From positions 8,811 to 72,810 of the forward strand of contig WXFD01000024.1 of NCBI GenBank assembly GCA_009877105.1: a stretch of 64,000 nt of DNA, read 5' to 3'. Of this stretch, positions 40,171-49,822 are shown piece after piece. Every line of letters begins with the position of its first letter. Within the stretch, counting starts at the first letter, position 1. The position numbers were made by a program, and so were the translations under genes. Source of the DNA: Bacteroidales bacterium (GTDB lineage: Bacteria > Bacteroidota > Bacteroidia > Bacteroidales > VadinHA17). The notes under the pieces are model-generated. The model was given only the letters and a program-made list of their open reading frames with translations. It did no database searches and had not been told where the DNA came from.

Positions 40171-40634
40171 AGCAGAGCTTTTGGAATGTAAATTTAAGGA
40201 TTATGACGTAATGACCCGCTTAAATAATTTTATTCCGGTTTCGTCTGTTGCGCCATTTCAGGTAATACCTTCCATTCAGTTGTATTGTACCCGGATGGAT
40301 CTGTCTTCCCGACATGATGTTTCCCTGAGACGACTTTAATTATCTGGTATTCAGTAATTTTTCTGAAGTATTCGTATAATACACCTATGGATAAAACCAG
40401 CGATTGGAATGAAATCCTGGAAATGAACAACTTTCCGATATGACTGCCGCGCCCGATATTAATTGAGCATTCCATTCATGCAACGGATGGAGATGCTTTA
40501 CCCAGACCGCTTTCATCCCGTTATGTTCCTGGCTTTCCGGCTCTGCAGGAAAACTGATCGGGTAAGAAAAGATATCCGGGAAAGCGGTCTGTTTCAAATT
40601 TACAGGACTTATTGCCTGTTAGGGAATTTTAATA

Positions 40635-40642
40635 TAGGTTTG
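40635..40642 (+). promoter_or_regulatory. -7 promoter element (TAGGTTTG) for the MBL hydrolase
   Basis: Exact TAnnTTTG followed by C, 18 nt before GTG 40661. Confidence 0.6.
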
Positions 40643-40660
40643 CCTTCAAATTCGTTACCT

Positions 40661-41428
40661 GTGAAAATTACATTTCTAGGAACCGGAACTTCCCAGGGTG
40701 TTCCGGTCATTGCTTGTGAATGTGATACTTGTACATCGGATGATATTCATGATAAACGGCTGCGCACATCGATACTTGTTGAGAAAGACGAGACCTGCAT
40801 TGTGATTGATGCCGGCCCTGATTTCAGGCAGCAGATGCTGCGTGAAAATGTAAAGAAACTCGATGCGATACTTCTTACTCATGAACACAAGGATCATATT
40901 GCAGGTATGGATGATGTAAGGGCTTATAATTACAGAAGCCGTGATGCAATTGATATTTACGCGGAAGAGAGGGTGCAGAAGGCTGTCAGGAAGGAATATT
41001 CCTATGTTTTTGCCGAGTATCAATATCCGGGAATTCCGAAGATGCGGCTCAACCTTATTCCTGAATATGGATTTGAGGTGGGTTCCATTGGTGTCCTGCC
41101 TCTCAGGGTTTATCATTATCGGCTGCCGGTTTACGGGTTCCGCATAGGCAATTTTGCATATATTACTGATGCAAATTATGTTCCGGAAGAAACGAAGGAA
41201 AAGATTTTTGGGGTCAAATACCTGGTAATAAATGCACTGCGAAAAGAAAAACATATCTCGCATTTCAGCCTTCGCGAAGCAATCGATTTTATAAGGCAGA
41301 TATCACCGAGAAAGGCATTCATTACCCATATCGGTCATCAGATGGGACGTCATGATGAGGTATCCGCCGGGCTGCCGGCAGGAATCATGCTTGCTTATGA
41401 CGGACTCAGGCTGGTATGTGATGAATAA
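40661..41428 (+). CDS. Metallo-beta-lactamase-fold hydrolase (PhnP-like phosphodiesterase)
   Basis: FLGTGTSQGVP...CECDTC; THEHKDH; AYITD. Start moved to GTG 40661. Confidence 0.9.
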   Translation: MKITFLGTGTSQGVPVIACECDTCTSDDIHDKRLRTSILVEKDETCIVIDAGPDFRQQMLRENVKKLDAILLTHEHKDHIAGMDDVRAYNYRSRDAIDIYAEERVQKAVRKEYSYVFAEYQYPGIPKMRLNLIPEYGFEVGSIGVLPLRVYHYRLPVYGFRIGNFAYITDANYVPEETKEKIFGVKYLVINALRKEKHISHFSLREAIDFIRQISPRKAFITHIGHQMGRHDEVSAGLPAGIMLAYDGLRLVCDE

Positions 41429-41441
41429 TTGCTTAAGTCCC

Positions 41442-41654
41442 CTATTTTCTTCTGAAGTTCTTGTTAAGCTTTTTCTGGTACGACGGGGAATAATAATACC
41501 TGTTTCTTCCCATCGGAGTGGTACTGGCCTCCTGGGTGGTCATCTTTTTGGAATGGGCCGGAGCCCTTCTCGCAGGCATACATCCCGTATCGGCTAACAA
41601 AATAAGCAGCATGGCCGGCAATATTAGTGTGATTATTTTCTTGAATGCTGACAT
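41442..41654 (-). CDS. Small basic putative lipoprotein (70 aa)
   Basis: MSAFKK plus hydrophobic stretch plus TGC lipobox-like site; fills an otherwise empty gap. Confidence 0.55.
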   Translation of the reverse strand: MSAFKKIITLILPAMLLILLADTGCMPARRAPAHSKKMTTQEASTTPMGRNRYYYSPSYQKKLNKNFRRK

Positions 41655-41812
41655 CTTTTGTAATGTCTGTCGGTTTGTACGGAGCTTTTTAACCAATGAA
41701 TTCTGCATGTAACTGCGGCACTTGCGAATTCCTTAACTTAAAAACTTTTTTTTAGTGACTGCGATATTATAACTTGCATAAAAATCAACCGGTTATTATC
41801 ATTAGTTTTCCT

Positions 41813-44614
41813 ATGATCCCTTTCGTATTAAAGATCAGATATTTACTACTTTTTTTCATCTGCCTTATTCCTGTTTCCCTGAACTCCCAGAAACTTGAAA
41901 AGGTTAATATCTCAACCGTTTCAGGCCTCTGTATAGACAGTATTACATTAACTGACAACAATAATCTTGTAATTAAACGGAAAAAACCTTTTTTAAGTTT
42001 CCAGATTGATCAAAAAAACTATAACACAGGAACGCAGGGCGTTATTGCTGAAGATTCCGTTATTCACGTGAGAACAGAGAATAAGGTCGGCCTGAGATTT
42101 AAACCATTGCCGGGGAATTTTCAGGTATGGGACTGCGAATTTGAAAATATATCCAGTGACACGGTTACCATAAGCAATGTATTGCCATTTGAAATTGACG
42201 ATGAGTCAGTCAGTATTACCGGTTACGGGACAGACGAACTGGCACGGGCCTGCCTCTTCCGGCCGGGATGCCGGCCTCTGAGGATCATTCTGCCCGACAA
42301 TGCATGGGAGCTGGGCTATACATCGTTCGGTATTGATGACGAATATTCGGTATGCAGCATGACACGGCGCAGAAATATTACCGGAGGGATCAGGCTCAGG
42401 TACGCCACAAAACTGCCTCCGGGAGCCAAAGTTCAGTACAGGATTTATTTTGAGGCTTTCAAGGGTACCTGGCAGGATGGATTGTCAGTAATGTTCAGGG
42501 AAAAATACCTGTATGACACTGAGAACTTCGACAATTCCCTTTATGAAAGACCGGATCTGAAGTGGATAAGGGAATCCTATCTGGTCGTTCTTCAAATGGC
42601 CTGGGACAGGGAATTCTTTGACAGGATCAGCGGTAAATATACTTACCCTGATGTTTTGAGAAACGGCATGAGTCGTTTTGGTCATATTGATGTATTTGGA
42701 ATCTGGCCAACATGGCCACGATTAGGTCTTGATCAGAGGAATCAATGGGATCTTTACAGGGACCTGCCGGGAGGGATTGCCCAGCTCAGAAATTTTGTCC
42801 GCTTGTCACATCAGAGCGGTACCAGGTTTTTCATTGCATATAATCCCTGGGATCTTAGCACACGGAAGGAAGATCATTTGAGAGGATTGGCACGAGTACT
42901 GAAGGAGACCGAAGCCGATGGCGTGGTGCTTGATACAAGGAGCAGCTCAAGTGCCGAACTTCAGTTGGCTGCCGACAGCGTGGGGAGAGGTATTGTTATG
43001 TACTCAGAGGGCATGGCTGTGCCTCGCGACATGCAGGGGATCATTTCCGGACGGGTCCATAATGCAATCTTTCTCAGCCCTGAACTAAATCTTAATAAGT
43101 TCATTAAACCCGATTTTTCAATTTTCAGGGTGTGTGATGTGGGGGAAGACATCCTCCACAGGGAAATTGCCATAGCTTTCTTTAACGGCTACGGAACTGA
43201 ACTTAACATGTACAGGCCCGGAGGCAGGGACGAAAATTACAATGATGATCTTGATTTCCTTGCCAAAACGACATTTATCCTGAGGCAGAATAATGATGCC
43301 TTCCTGGATAAGAACTGGATCCCTCTTATTGGATCAGTAGAAGACAACGTTTACATAAACCAGTGGCATTCCGGCCGGAAGAAGATTTTTACGGTCTTGA
43401 ATATGAACAGTAATGGAGTTAGAGACAGGATCCTGTGGATCGATGCTGACAGCGGCCTGCATTATGTTTCATTGTGGGATCATGAAAATCTTACCCCTGA
43501 ACTGGTTGACGGCAAGTTGTGCCTGCCGGTGAATGCTGACGGATGGCAGGCATCATACAACGGAACCAGGAGAGAGGGCTCGGTTGATTGTATTGCGGCA
43601 TTTCCCGTTATACTGAATTCCAGCCTTGAAGGTGATCGGATAAGGATTAGCAGCAATTCACCCGGGAAGCTGGTAGTTTGGAAGGGTTCTCCCGCGTATG
43701 GAGGAGAATCGAGGGAATTCAGCCTGAAGAGCGATACCACACTGAGTGTAAAGGATATGTTTGGATATTATGAAGGTAAGATCGTTATCCAGCTTCTCAG
43801 CGAAAAGATCCTCATGGATGAAAATATTATAAGGATCAAAGGCGGGCAGCCCTGGCTTATCAGCAAGGTTACAAGGACACCCAGGATGACAGAATACGAC
43901 CGGAACATGGTGCTTGTGCCCGGAACCGATTTCGCTTACTCAGTATCAGCATATGATAATTTCATTCCTTATCCTGCAACCGGCAATTATACCCATAAGA
44001 TCGACAGTTTTCTTATCGACAGATTTCCTGTAACCAATGAACAGTATTACGAGTTTATTTCTGCCTCGGGATACAGGCCTGCTGATACCACAAGGTACCT
44101 GAGACATTGGGAATATGGCATTTATAAGCCCGGCACGGAAAAATATCCGGTTGTATACGTGGGTTATGACGATATCAGGGCATATGCAAAATGGGCAGGG
44201 AAAAGACTGCCTACGGAGGCTGAATGGCAGCTTGCTGCCCAGGGTCAGGACAAAAGGCTCTGGCCATGGGGTAATGAGTTTCATGCGACTTTCTGTAATA
44301 ATGCATTCGGAAAATCAACTCCGGTCGACGCTTTTTCAAAGGGAGCCAGCCCGTATGGGGTAATGGATCTTGTAGGAAATGTATGGCAGGTTACAAATGA
44401 TATGTACTTCAACGGGTCCTATTATTTTCTCGTAATCAGGGGAGGAAGTTATTTCCGTCCCGATTCCAGCAGATGGTATATCCAGGGAGGCCCCCAGCCC
44501 CTCGACCGGACCCAGATCATGCTGCTGATATCACCTGGGTTTGACAGAAGCGCAACCGTAGGCTTCAGATGCGTGAAGGATATTGATCCGGATAATTATA
44601 AGGGAAAAAAGTAG
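41813..44614 (+). CDS. Secreted multidomain protein with C-terminal FGE-sulfatase (SUMF1-like) domain
   Basis: PVTNEQY, PVVYV, KRLPTEAEW, GNVWQ, RGGSY and GFRC; signal-like N-terminus; large unassigned N-terminal region. Confidence 0.82.
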   Translation: MIPFVLKIRYLLLFFICLIPVSLNSQKLEKVNISTVSGLCIDSITLTDNNNLVIKRKKPFLSFQIDQKNYNTGTQGVIAEDSVIHVRTENKVGLRFKPLPGNFQVWDCEFENISSDTVTISNVLPFEIDDESVSITGYGTDELARACLFRPGCRPLRIILPDNAWELGYTSFGIDDEYSVCSMTRRRNITGGIRLRYATKLPPGAKVQYRIYFEAFKGTWQDGLSVMFREKYLYDTENFDNSLYERPDLKWIRESYLVVLQMAWDREFFDRISGKYTYPDVLRNGMSRFGHIDVFGIWPTWPRLGLDQRNQWDLYRDLPGGIAQLRNFVRLSHQSGTRFFIAYNPWDLSTRKEDHLRGLARVLKETEADGVVLDTRSSSSAELQLAADSVGRGIVMYSEGMAVPRDMQGIISGRVHNAIFLSPELNLNKFIKPDFSIFRVCDVGEDILHREIAIAFFNGYGTELNMYRPGGRDENYNDDLDFLAKTTFILRQNNDAFLDKNWIPLIGSVEDNVYINQWHSGRKKIFTVLNMNSNGVRDRILWIDADSGLHYVSLWDHENLTPELVDGKLCLPVNADGWQASYNGTRREGSVDCIAAFPVILNSSLEGDRIRISSNSPGKLVVWKGSPAYGGESREFSLKSDTTLSVKDMFGYYEGKIVIQLLSEKILMDENIIRIKGGQPWLISKVTRTPRMTEYDRNMVLVPGTDFAYSVSAYDNFIPYPATGNYTHKIDSFLIDRFPVTNEQYYEFISASGYRPADTTRYLRHWEYGIYKPGTEKYPVVYVGYDDIRAYAKWAGKRLPTEAEWQLAAQGQDKRLWPWGNEFHATFCNNAFGKSTPVDAFSKGASPYGVMDLVGNVWQVTNDMYFNGSYYFLVIRGGSYFRPDSSRWYIQGGPQPLDRTQIMLLISPGFDRSATVGFRCVKDIDPDNYKGKK

Positions 44615-44698
44615 TTTGCCAGACAGAAAAATCCGCTAAATACCAATCATCGGACTGAATTACAGATATCAGCCTGGGACTGAACGGTTTCAGGTTGT

Positions 44699-45865
44699 TT
44701 ACCAGGATATTCTTCCTGCACCATCCGAAATTTCAGGCTGATAAAAATCGGGGACGAGACCTGTGATCTCCTGGTATACTGATTTCAATCCGGAAATGAA
44801 TCCGGGAACATGTTCCTTTTCCACCAGGCTTACGGTGCATCCTCCAAAACCTGCGCCGGTCATGCGGGTTCCTGTAACACCCGGCAGCTTTCTGCCTTCA
44901 TAAACAAGAGTATCCAGTTCATTGCCCGTCACCTCGTAATCATCCTTAAGCGAATCGTGCGACTGGTTCATCAGTTCTCCGAATCGCCGTATGTTATTCT
45001 CTTTTAGAACCTTCACTGCTTCCAGCACCCTGCCGTTTTCGCTTATGACATGCCTGGCTCTTTTCAGAATGACAGGATCTTTGATGAATTCTTCAAGAAA
45101 ACCTGTGTCATCAGTGTTCAGTTCACTCAGGTTTTTAATCGGACGGAAGGACTGAAGCAATTCAACTGCCTTTTCGCATTCAGACCTTCTTTCATTGTAT
45201 TTTGAATCGGTTAGCCCGCGTCTCTTATTGGTATTTGTTATTATAAGCGCATTGTTACCCAGATTGACAGGTACATTTTCATAGTCGAGGGTATCACAGT
45301 TGAGGAATATTGCATGATCCTTTTTACCGAAACCCACGGCAAACTGATCCATGATTCCGCAATTCATTCCGACAAATTCATTTTCGGCCTTCTGGCTCAG
45401 GATCACCAGGTCGAGTGTTTTCAGTCCCGCACTGTAAATGTCGTTGAGTGCAGTTGCTGTGACCATTTCGATCGAGGCTGATGAGGACAAACCAGCTCCG
45501 TTGGGAACATCGCCGTAAAAAAGCATTTCCAGGCCACCTACGCTGATCTTTCTTTTCAAAAACTCACTGATCACCCCGAGCGGATAGTTACTCCATTTAT
45601 TTCCACGCTTTGAGAGATTGTTGGCCAACTGAACCTCATCGTCATCATCGAAGTTGAGTGTGCTGAATCTGAGTGTTTTATCCTTTACAGTACGTATTGC
45701 AAGGTATGTTCCGAAATTGAGGGCGCAGGGAAAAACGAAGCCTCCGTTATAGTCGGTATGTTCACCGATAAGGTTTACCCTTCCGGGAGAGAAAAAAAGA
45801 ACAGGCTTTTCATTCCTGTTCCCGTATTTTTCAAAAAACTTCTCAGTAAAAGACAATATGTCCAT
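44699..45865 (-). CDS. galK: Galactokinase
   Basis: PGRVNLIGEHTDYNGG, PNGAGLSSSA, CGIMDQF and RMTGAGFGGC. Confidence 0.95.
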   Translation of the reverse strand: MDILSFTEKFFEKYGNRNEKPVLFFSPGRVNLIGEHTDYNGGFVFPCALNFGTYLAIRTVKDKTLRFSTLNFDDDDEVQLANNLSKRGNKWSNYPLGVISEFLKRKISVGGLEMLFYGDVPNGAGLSSSASIEMVTATALNDIYSAGLKTLDLVILSQKAENEFVGMNCGIMDQFAVGFGKKDHAIFLNCDTLDYENVPVNLGNNALIITNTNKRRGLTDSKYNERRSECEKAVELLQSFRPIKNLSELNTDDTGFLEEFIKDPVILKRARHVISENGRVLEAVKVLKENNIRRFGELMNQSHDSLKDDYEVTGNELDTLVYEGRKLPGVTGTRMTGAGFGGCTVSLVEKEHVPGFISGLKSVYQEITGLVPDFYQPEISDGAGRISW

Positions 45866-45867
45866 AA

Positions 45868-47298
45868 TTATACTTTTAGTTTCTTTTCAATCTCATTTAT
45901 CTGGTTTCTGAAATGTTTATCGGTGTCAATTAGATTATTGACGGTTTTGCATGCGTGCAGGACGGTTGCATGATCCTTCCCTCCGATATGTGAACCAATG
46001 CTGGCAAGCGATGCTTTTGTAAGGTTTTTTGAGAAATACATTGATACCTGTCTGGCCTGTACGATCTCTCTTTTCCTGGTTTTGCCCTGGATCAGTTCTA
46101 TTGGGATCTTATAATAGTCGCAAACTATTTTCTGGATGTATTCGATTGTAATTTCACGGCGTGAAGTACTTACAAGCTTCTCAACCATCTGCCGTGCAAG
46201 ATCAAGGGTTATCTCCTTCCTGTTCAGGGTTGATTGTGCATACAGTGATATCAATACTGCTTCAAGTTCCCTTATATTGTTGGTGATATTTTCGGCAAGG
46301 TATTCGAAAATCTCCTCTGGCAGTTCAATTCCGTCATTATATGCCTTCTTTTTGAGAATTGCCAGCCTTGTATCATAATCCGGGCGCTGAAGATCAGCCT
46401 GAAGCCCCCATTTGAACCTGGACAACAGTCTTTGTTCCATTCCCTGGAGTTCAACGGGCGGACGGTCACAGGTAAGGATCAGCTGCTTTCCCGACTGGTG
46501 GATATGATTGAATATGTGAAAGAACATATCCTGGGTTTTTTCCTTCCCGGCAAATTCATGAACGTCATCCAGTATCAGTACGTCAATCATCTGGTAAAAA
46601 TGAAGGAAGTCATTTTTATTGTTGTTCCTGACTGATTCTACAAACTGGGTTTGGAACTTGTTGGCATTTACATAAAGCACAACCTTGTCGGGATGTTTTT
46701 CCTTCACCAGAATACCGATTGCCTGTGCAAGGTGCGTTTTGCCAAGCCCTGAATCACCGTAGATCATCAGCGGATTGAAAGCAGTGCCGCCAGGATTATT
46801 GCCTACTGCGATCCCTGCCGATCTGGCAAGCCTGTTACATTCACCCTCAACGAAATTATTGAAATTGTAATCCGGATTGAGCCTGGGGTCGAAATGGACC
46901 TTTTTGATGCCCGGTATCACAAACGGATTTCTGATTGAAGGCTGGGTGACATCAAAGGGAACCTGTACAGGCTTGTTCTTGAGGTCGGTTTTGTTTCTCG
47001 ACGGATATTTCACCGTATACGGCTTTCCGTCGGAATAATTTGCATTCTCAAGCACTACGTTGTACTCGAGTTTTGCATCGGACCCAATCTCGCGTCTCAG
47101 GGTTTTTCTCAGGATGTCGATATACTGTTCTTCAAGATATTCATAGAAAAAAGGACTTGGAACCTGAATGGTAAGGACATTGTTTTCAAGTTTCAGGGGA
47201 ATTATTGGATCAAACCATGTTTTAAAACTGACGGATGGAATAATATCCTTTATTATCTGCAGACAATTATTCCAAACATCAATGTGCGATTTATTCAT
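45868..47298 (-). CDS. dnaA: Chromosomal replication initiator DnaA
   Basis: YGDSGLGKTHL, LILDDV, RLLSRFKWGL and GGKDHATVLHAC; likely start ATG 47298. Confidence 0.98.
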   Translation of the reverse strand: MNKSHIDVWNNCLQIIKDIIPSVSFKTWFDPIIPLKLENNVLTIQVPSPFFYEYLEEQYIDILRKTLRREIGSDAKLEYNVVLENANYSDGKPYTVKYPSRNKTDLKNKPVQVPFDVTQPSIRNPFVIPGIKKVHFDPRLNPDYNFNNFVEGECNRLARSAGIAVGNNPGGTAFNPLMIYGDSGLGKTHLAQAIGILVKEKHPDKVVLYVNANKFQTQFVESVRNNNKNDFLHFYQMIDVLILDDVHEFAGKEKTQDMFFHIFNHIHQSGKQLILTCDRPPVELQGMEQRLLSRFKWGLQADLQRPDYDTRLAILKKKAYNDGIELPEEIFEYLAENITNNIRELEAVLISLYAQSTLNRKEITLDLARQMVEKLVSTSRREITIEYIQKIVCDYYKIPIELIQGKTRKREIVQARQVSMYFSKNLTKASLASIGSHIGGKDHATVLHACKTVNNLIDTDKHFRNQINEIEKKLKV

Positions 47299-47645
47299 GG
47301 AGGCATTTTCGTTGAAAGGTTCCAAAATAGGAAAAATCAGGAGGCAAGATTTACAAAAAAAATGTCAAAAAAAAATTTATTTTCACTTGATAAATTCAAA
47401 AAAAGTATATGGTTTTAACCATCAGTAACTTAAAGAAAAAAATATTTCTGCTTATTATATATATCTGTATATCAATATGTTACGATCAGGTTGTTTTGTT
47501 TGCCCATGTGTCACAATTCCTTAGGTGTTCTGATCGGTTTTTATGCAATTTTAATATGCAAAGCCGGGGTGATTTTTCAATCGGTCAGTCAGGAAATTTT
47601 TAGATCAAGATAACCCTTTTTTATAAGAAATAAAAATGTTTCAGG

Positions 47646-48578
47646 TCAGTTTTTCCTGCCAAACATTGAGAAATGAACATACCTGCGGGGATTTGATTTT
47701 AAATCCTGCAAAAGGAGGTCAAGGCTTGCAAGACTCCTGTTGAGATTTATATACAGGGAATCATTGGTCATCAGTTGTCCGGCCGTACCTTTTCCATCGG
47801 TGAGACTTTCCACCAGTACAGTCAGTTTTCCAAGGCTGCTCCTGAGGTTGTTCACTGTTGAATACAGGTCAGCTGCCACGAGGGTATCGGTCACAGATTC
47901 AAGGTTTTCAAATGTCCTGCTAAGTCTTGTTGTATTCTCGGCCAGCATTTCCGTCAGCTTTTTGATATTTTCGAGTGAGGCTCCCAGATCAGCTTTCTCA
48001 ATTCCATCGGCCGTATTTCTCAGGCTGGCGATTCCGGCATTGACGTTATTTCTGAATTCCGGGGTCATTATATCATTTATGGATCCCAGGGTTGTATCCA
48101 AGCTTTGAATAACAGATTCTGCCTTGTTTTTCAGCGGAATGATTTCATTTTCCAATCTGGTGATTACAGATTCGACAAGCCGGCCGGGTATGGTGTCATT
48201 ACTCGAGTAGAAACCGGGTCCGTTTCCGAAAACCAGCTGTACTTTCATTCCTGCGATTAGGGATGCAGTGGTTATCTCGGCAACACTATTCACAGGCAGC
48301 CTGAATCCCTTGTCGACCGACAGGACCACCAGAAGCTTTCCGCTTACCGGATTGAGAAACCTGATTGCCTGCACTATTCCCACCTTGTATCCGTTAACTT
48401 CGACAGGACTTGATTCAACAAGCCCTGCTATCTTGTCATATACAACATAGTACCGTGCCTTGTTACTGAGGATCTCCTTGCCCTTCAGGAAATTGTAAAG
48501 CCATATGAAAACAATTATTGTCAGAAAGACGGTTATTCCTACTTTAACTTCGTTTGTTAGTTTTTTCATGTGTTTCAT
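47646..48578 (-). CDS. MlaD/MCE family protein
   Basis: KVG plus TM helix; GL..SSPV.VNG..VG MCE motif; GKGTAG and NPRRYV at the C-terminus. Confidence 0.9.
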   Translation of the reverse strand: MKHMKKLTNEVKVGITVFLTIIVFIWLYNFLKGKEILSNKARYYVVYDKIAGLVESSPVEVNGYKVGIVQAIRFLNPVSGKLLVVLSVDKGFRLPVNSVAEITTASLIAGMKVQLVFGNGPGFYSSNDTIPGRLVESVITRLENEIIPLKNKAESVIQSLDTTLGSINDIMTPEFRNNVNAGIASLRNTADGIEKADLGASLENIKKLTEMLAENTTRLSRTFENLESVTDTLVAADLYSTVNNLRSSLGKLTVLVESLTDGKGTAGQLMTNDSLYINLNRSLASLDLLLQDLKSNPRRYVHFSMFGRKN

Positions 48579-49742
48579 TTATTTTTGCTGAGTAAGCCTT
48601 TTTGCATCCTCCAAAGGTAGTATTTTGTCGCCTTGCAATGCAATCACAAATGCATCCGGTATAATTGCCCTGATCTTTTTCCAGTACTCAACAGTTTCCT
48701 TGTAATCGAAAAAACTTCCCGTTGCATATTTATAGCGGTTATCGATAAATATCTCCTTTATATCTCCAAGACCCTTGAAATTATCAGGGATAATTTCTAT
48801 TCTCTTTGTGGAAGATGCTATCTGAACCGAAAACGTCACAGGATCCGATATGTTGTCGACTGTCTGTTCTTTTGCCGTATCTGCAGGTTGGATTTCAATT
48901 AATTTCATATCCTGCGAAACGATGGTTTTCTTTTCTATCTCATTGATGTAGGAACGGCAGGCCCTGAAAATGGCTGAAGCGATATAATCCTGTCCGGTTT
49001 TGGAAGTCAGGAATTTCTCTTCCTCCGGATTTGTAAGAAATCCGGTTTCTATGAGTACACTTGGCATGGTTGTCATATACAGTACCAGAAATCCGGCCTG
49101 CTTAACACCCAGATCATTTCTTCCGGCCCTGTTCCGGAACTGATTCTGGATATCTGAGGCAAGCCATGTGCTTTGCTCCTTGAATGTATTCTGCATCACC
49201 GTGAACATAATATATGATTCAGGAGATTTCGGATCAAAGCCCTCATATTTTGTTGTAAAATCATCTTCCCACTGAATTACTTCATTTTCCTTCATTGCAA
49301 CTGCCAGGTTCTGTTCATCCCTGGCCGGTCCCATTATCCACGTTTCGGTCCCCTGGATAGTTTTTTTCGCTATTGAATTTGCATGAACGGATATGAACAG
49401 GTCGGCCTTGTTTTTATTTGCAAAATCAGCTCTTTCAATCAAACCCACAAATACATCATCTTTCCTTGTATAGAGAACCTTCACATTACTGAGGTTTTTC
49501 TCAAGGTATTCCCCTGCTTTAAGGGCAATTGCCAGGTTGATATTCTTTTCCTTTGCGAATGAACCCAGCGCTCCGGGATCCTTGCCGCCATGGCCCGGAT
49601 CAATGACTATAACCCATGTTTTTCCCTGGCCCCGGATCTCATTGATACCGGGCAATGTTACGAAAAGAATCAGGAATAAAATCAAGCGGAACGGAATGAT
49701 GGGGTTACTGTGGTATTTGCCGTTTATAATATCGGTATGCAT
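48579..49742 (-). CDS. N-acetylmuramoyl-L-alanine amidase (Amidase_3)
   Basis: IDPGHGGKDPG, EKNINL, FISVHAN and PSVLIETGF. Confidence 0.93.
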   Translation of the reverse strand: MHTDIINGKYHSNPIIPFRLILFLILFVTLPGINEIRGQGKTWVIVIDPGHGGKDPGALGSFAKEKNINLAIALKAGEYLEKNLSNVKVLYTRKDDVFVGLIERADFANKNKADLFISVHANSIAKKTIQGTETWIMGPARDEQNLAVAMKENEVIQWEDDFTTKYEGFDPKSPESYIMFTVMQNTFKEQSTWLASDIQNQFRNRAGRNDLGVKQAGFLVLYMTTMPSVLIETGFLTNPEEEKFLTSKTGQDYIASAIFRACRSYINEIEKKTIVSQDMKLIEIQPADTAKEQTVDNISDPVTFSVQIASSTKRIEIIPDNFKGLGDIKEIFIDNRYKYATGSFFDYKETVEYWKKIRAIIPDAFVIALQGDKILPLEDAKRLTQQK

Positions 49743-49822
49743 GTATTGTTCATGTTTTTTTAGTTAGTTTTGTTCCCGACATCCCGAAGTCGCACAAAAA
49801 CTATACAAAAATAGTACTTAAG

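Noticed and set aside
44400-44614. FGE/CLec C-terminus as a diversity-generating retroelement variable region
   Set aside because: No template repeat or reverse transcriptase seen in the window
47299-47645. AT-rich region upstream of dnaA as oriC
   Set aside because: I found no convincing DnaA boxes (TTATCCACA-like) on either strand, and GC skew cannot be assessed by eye
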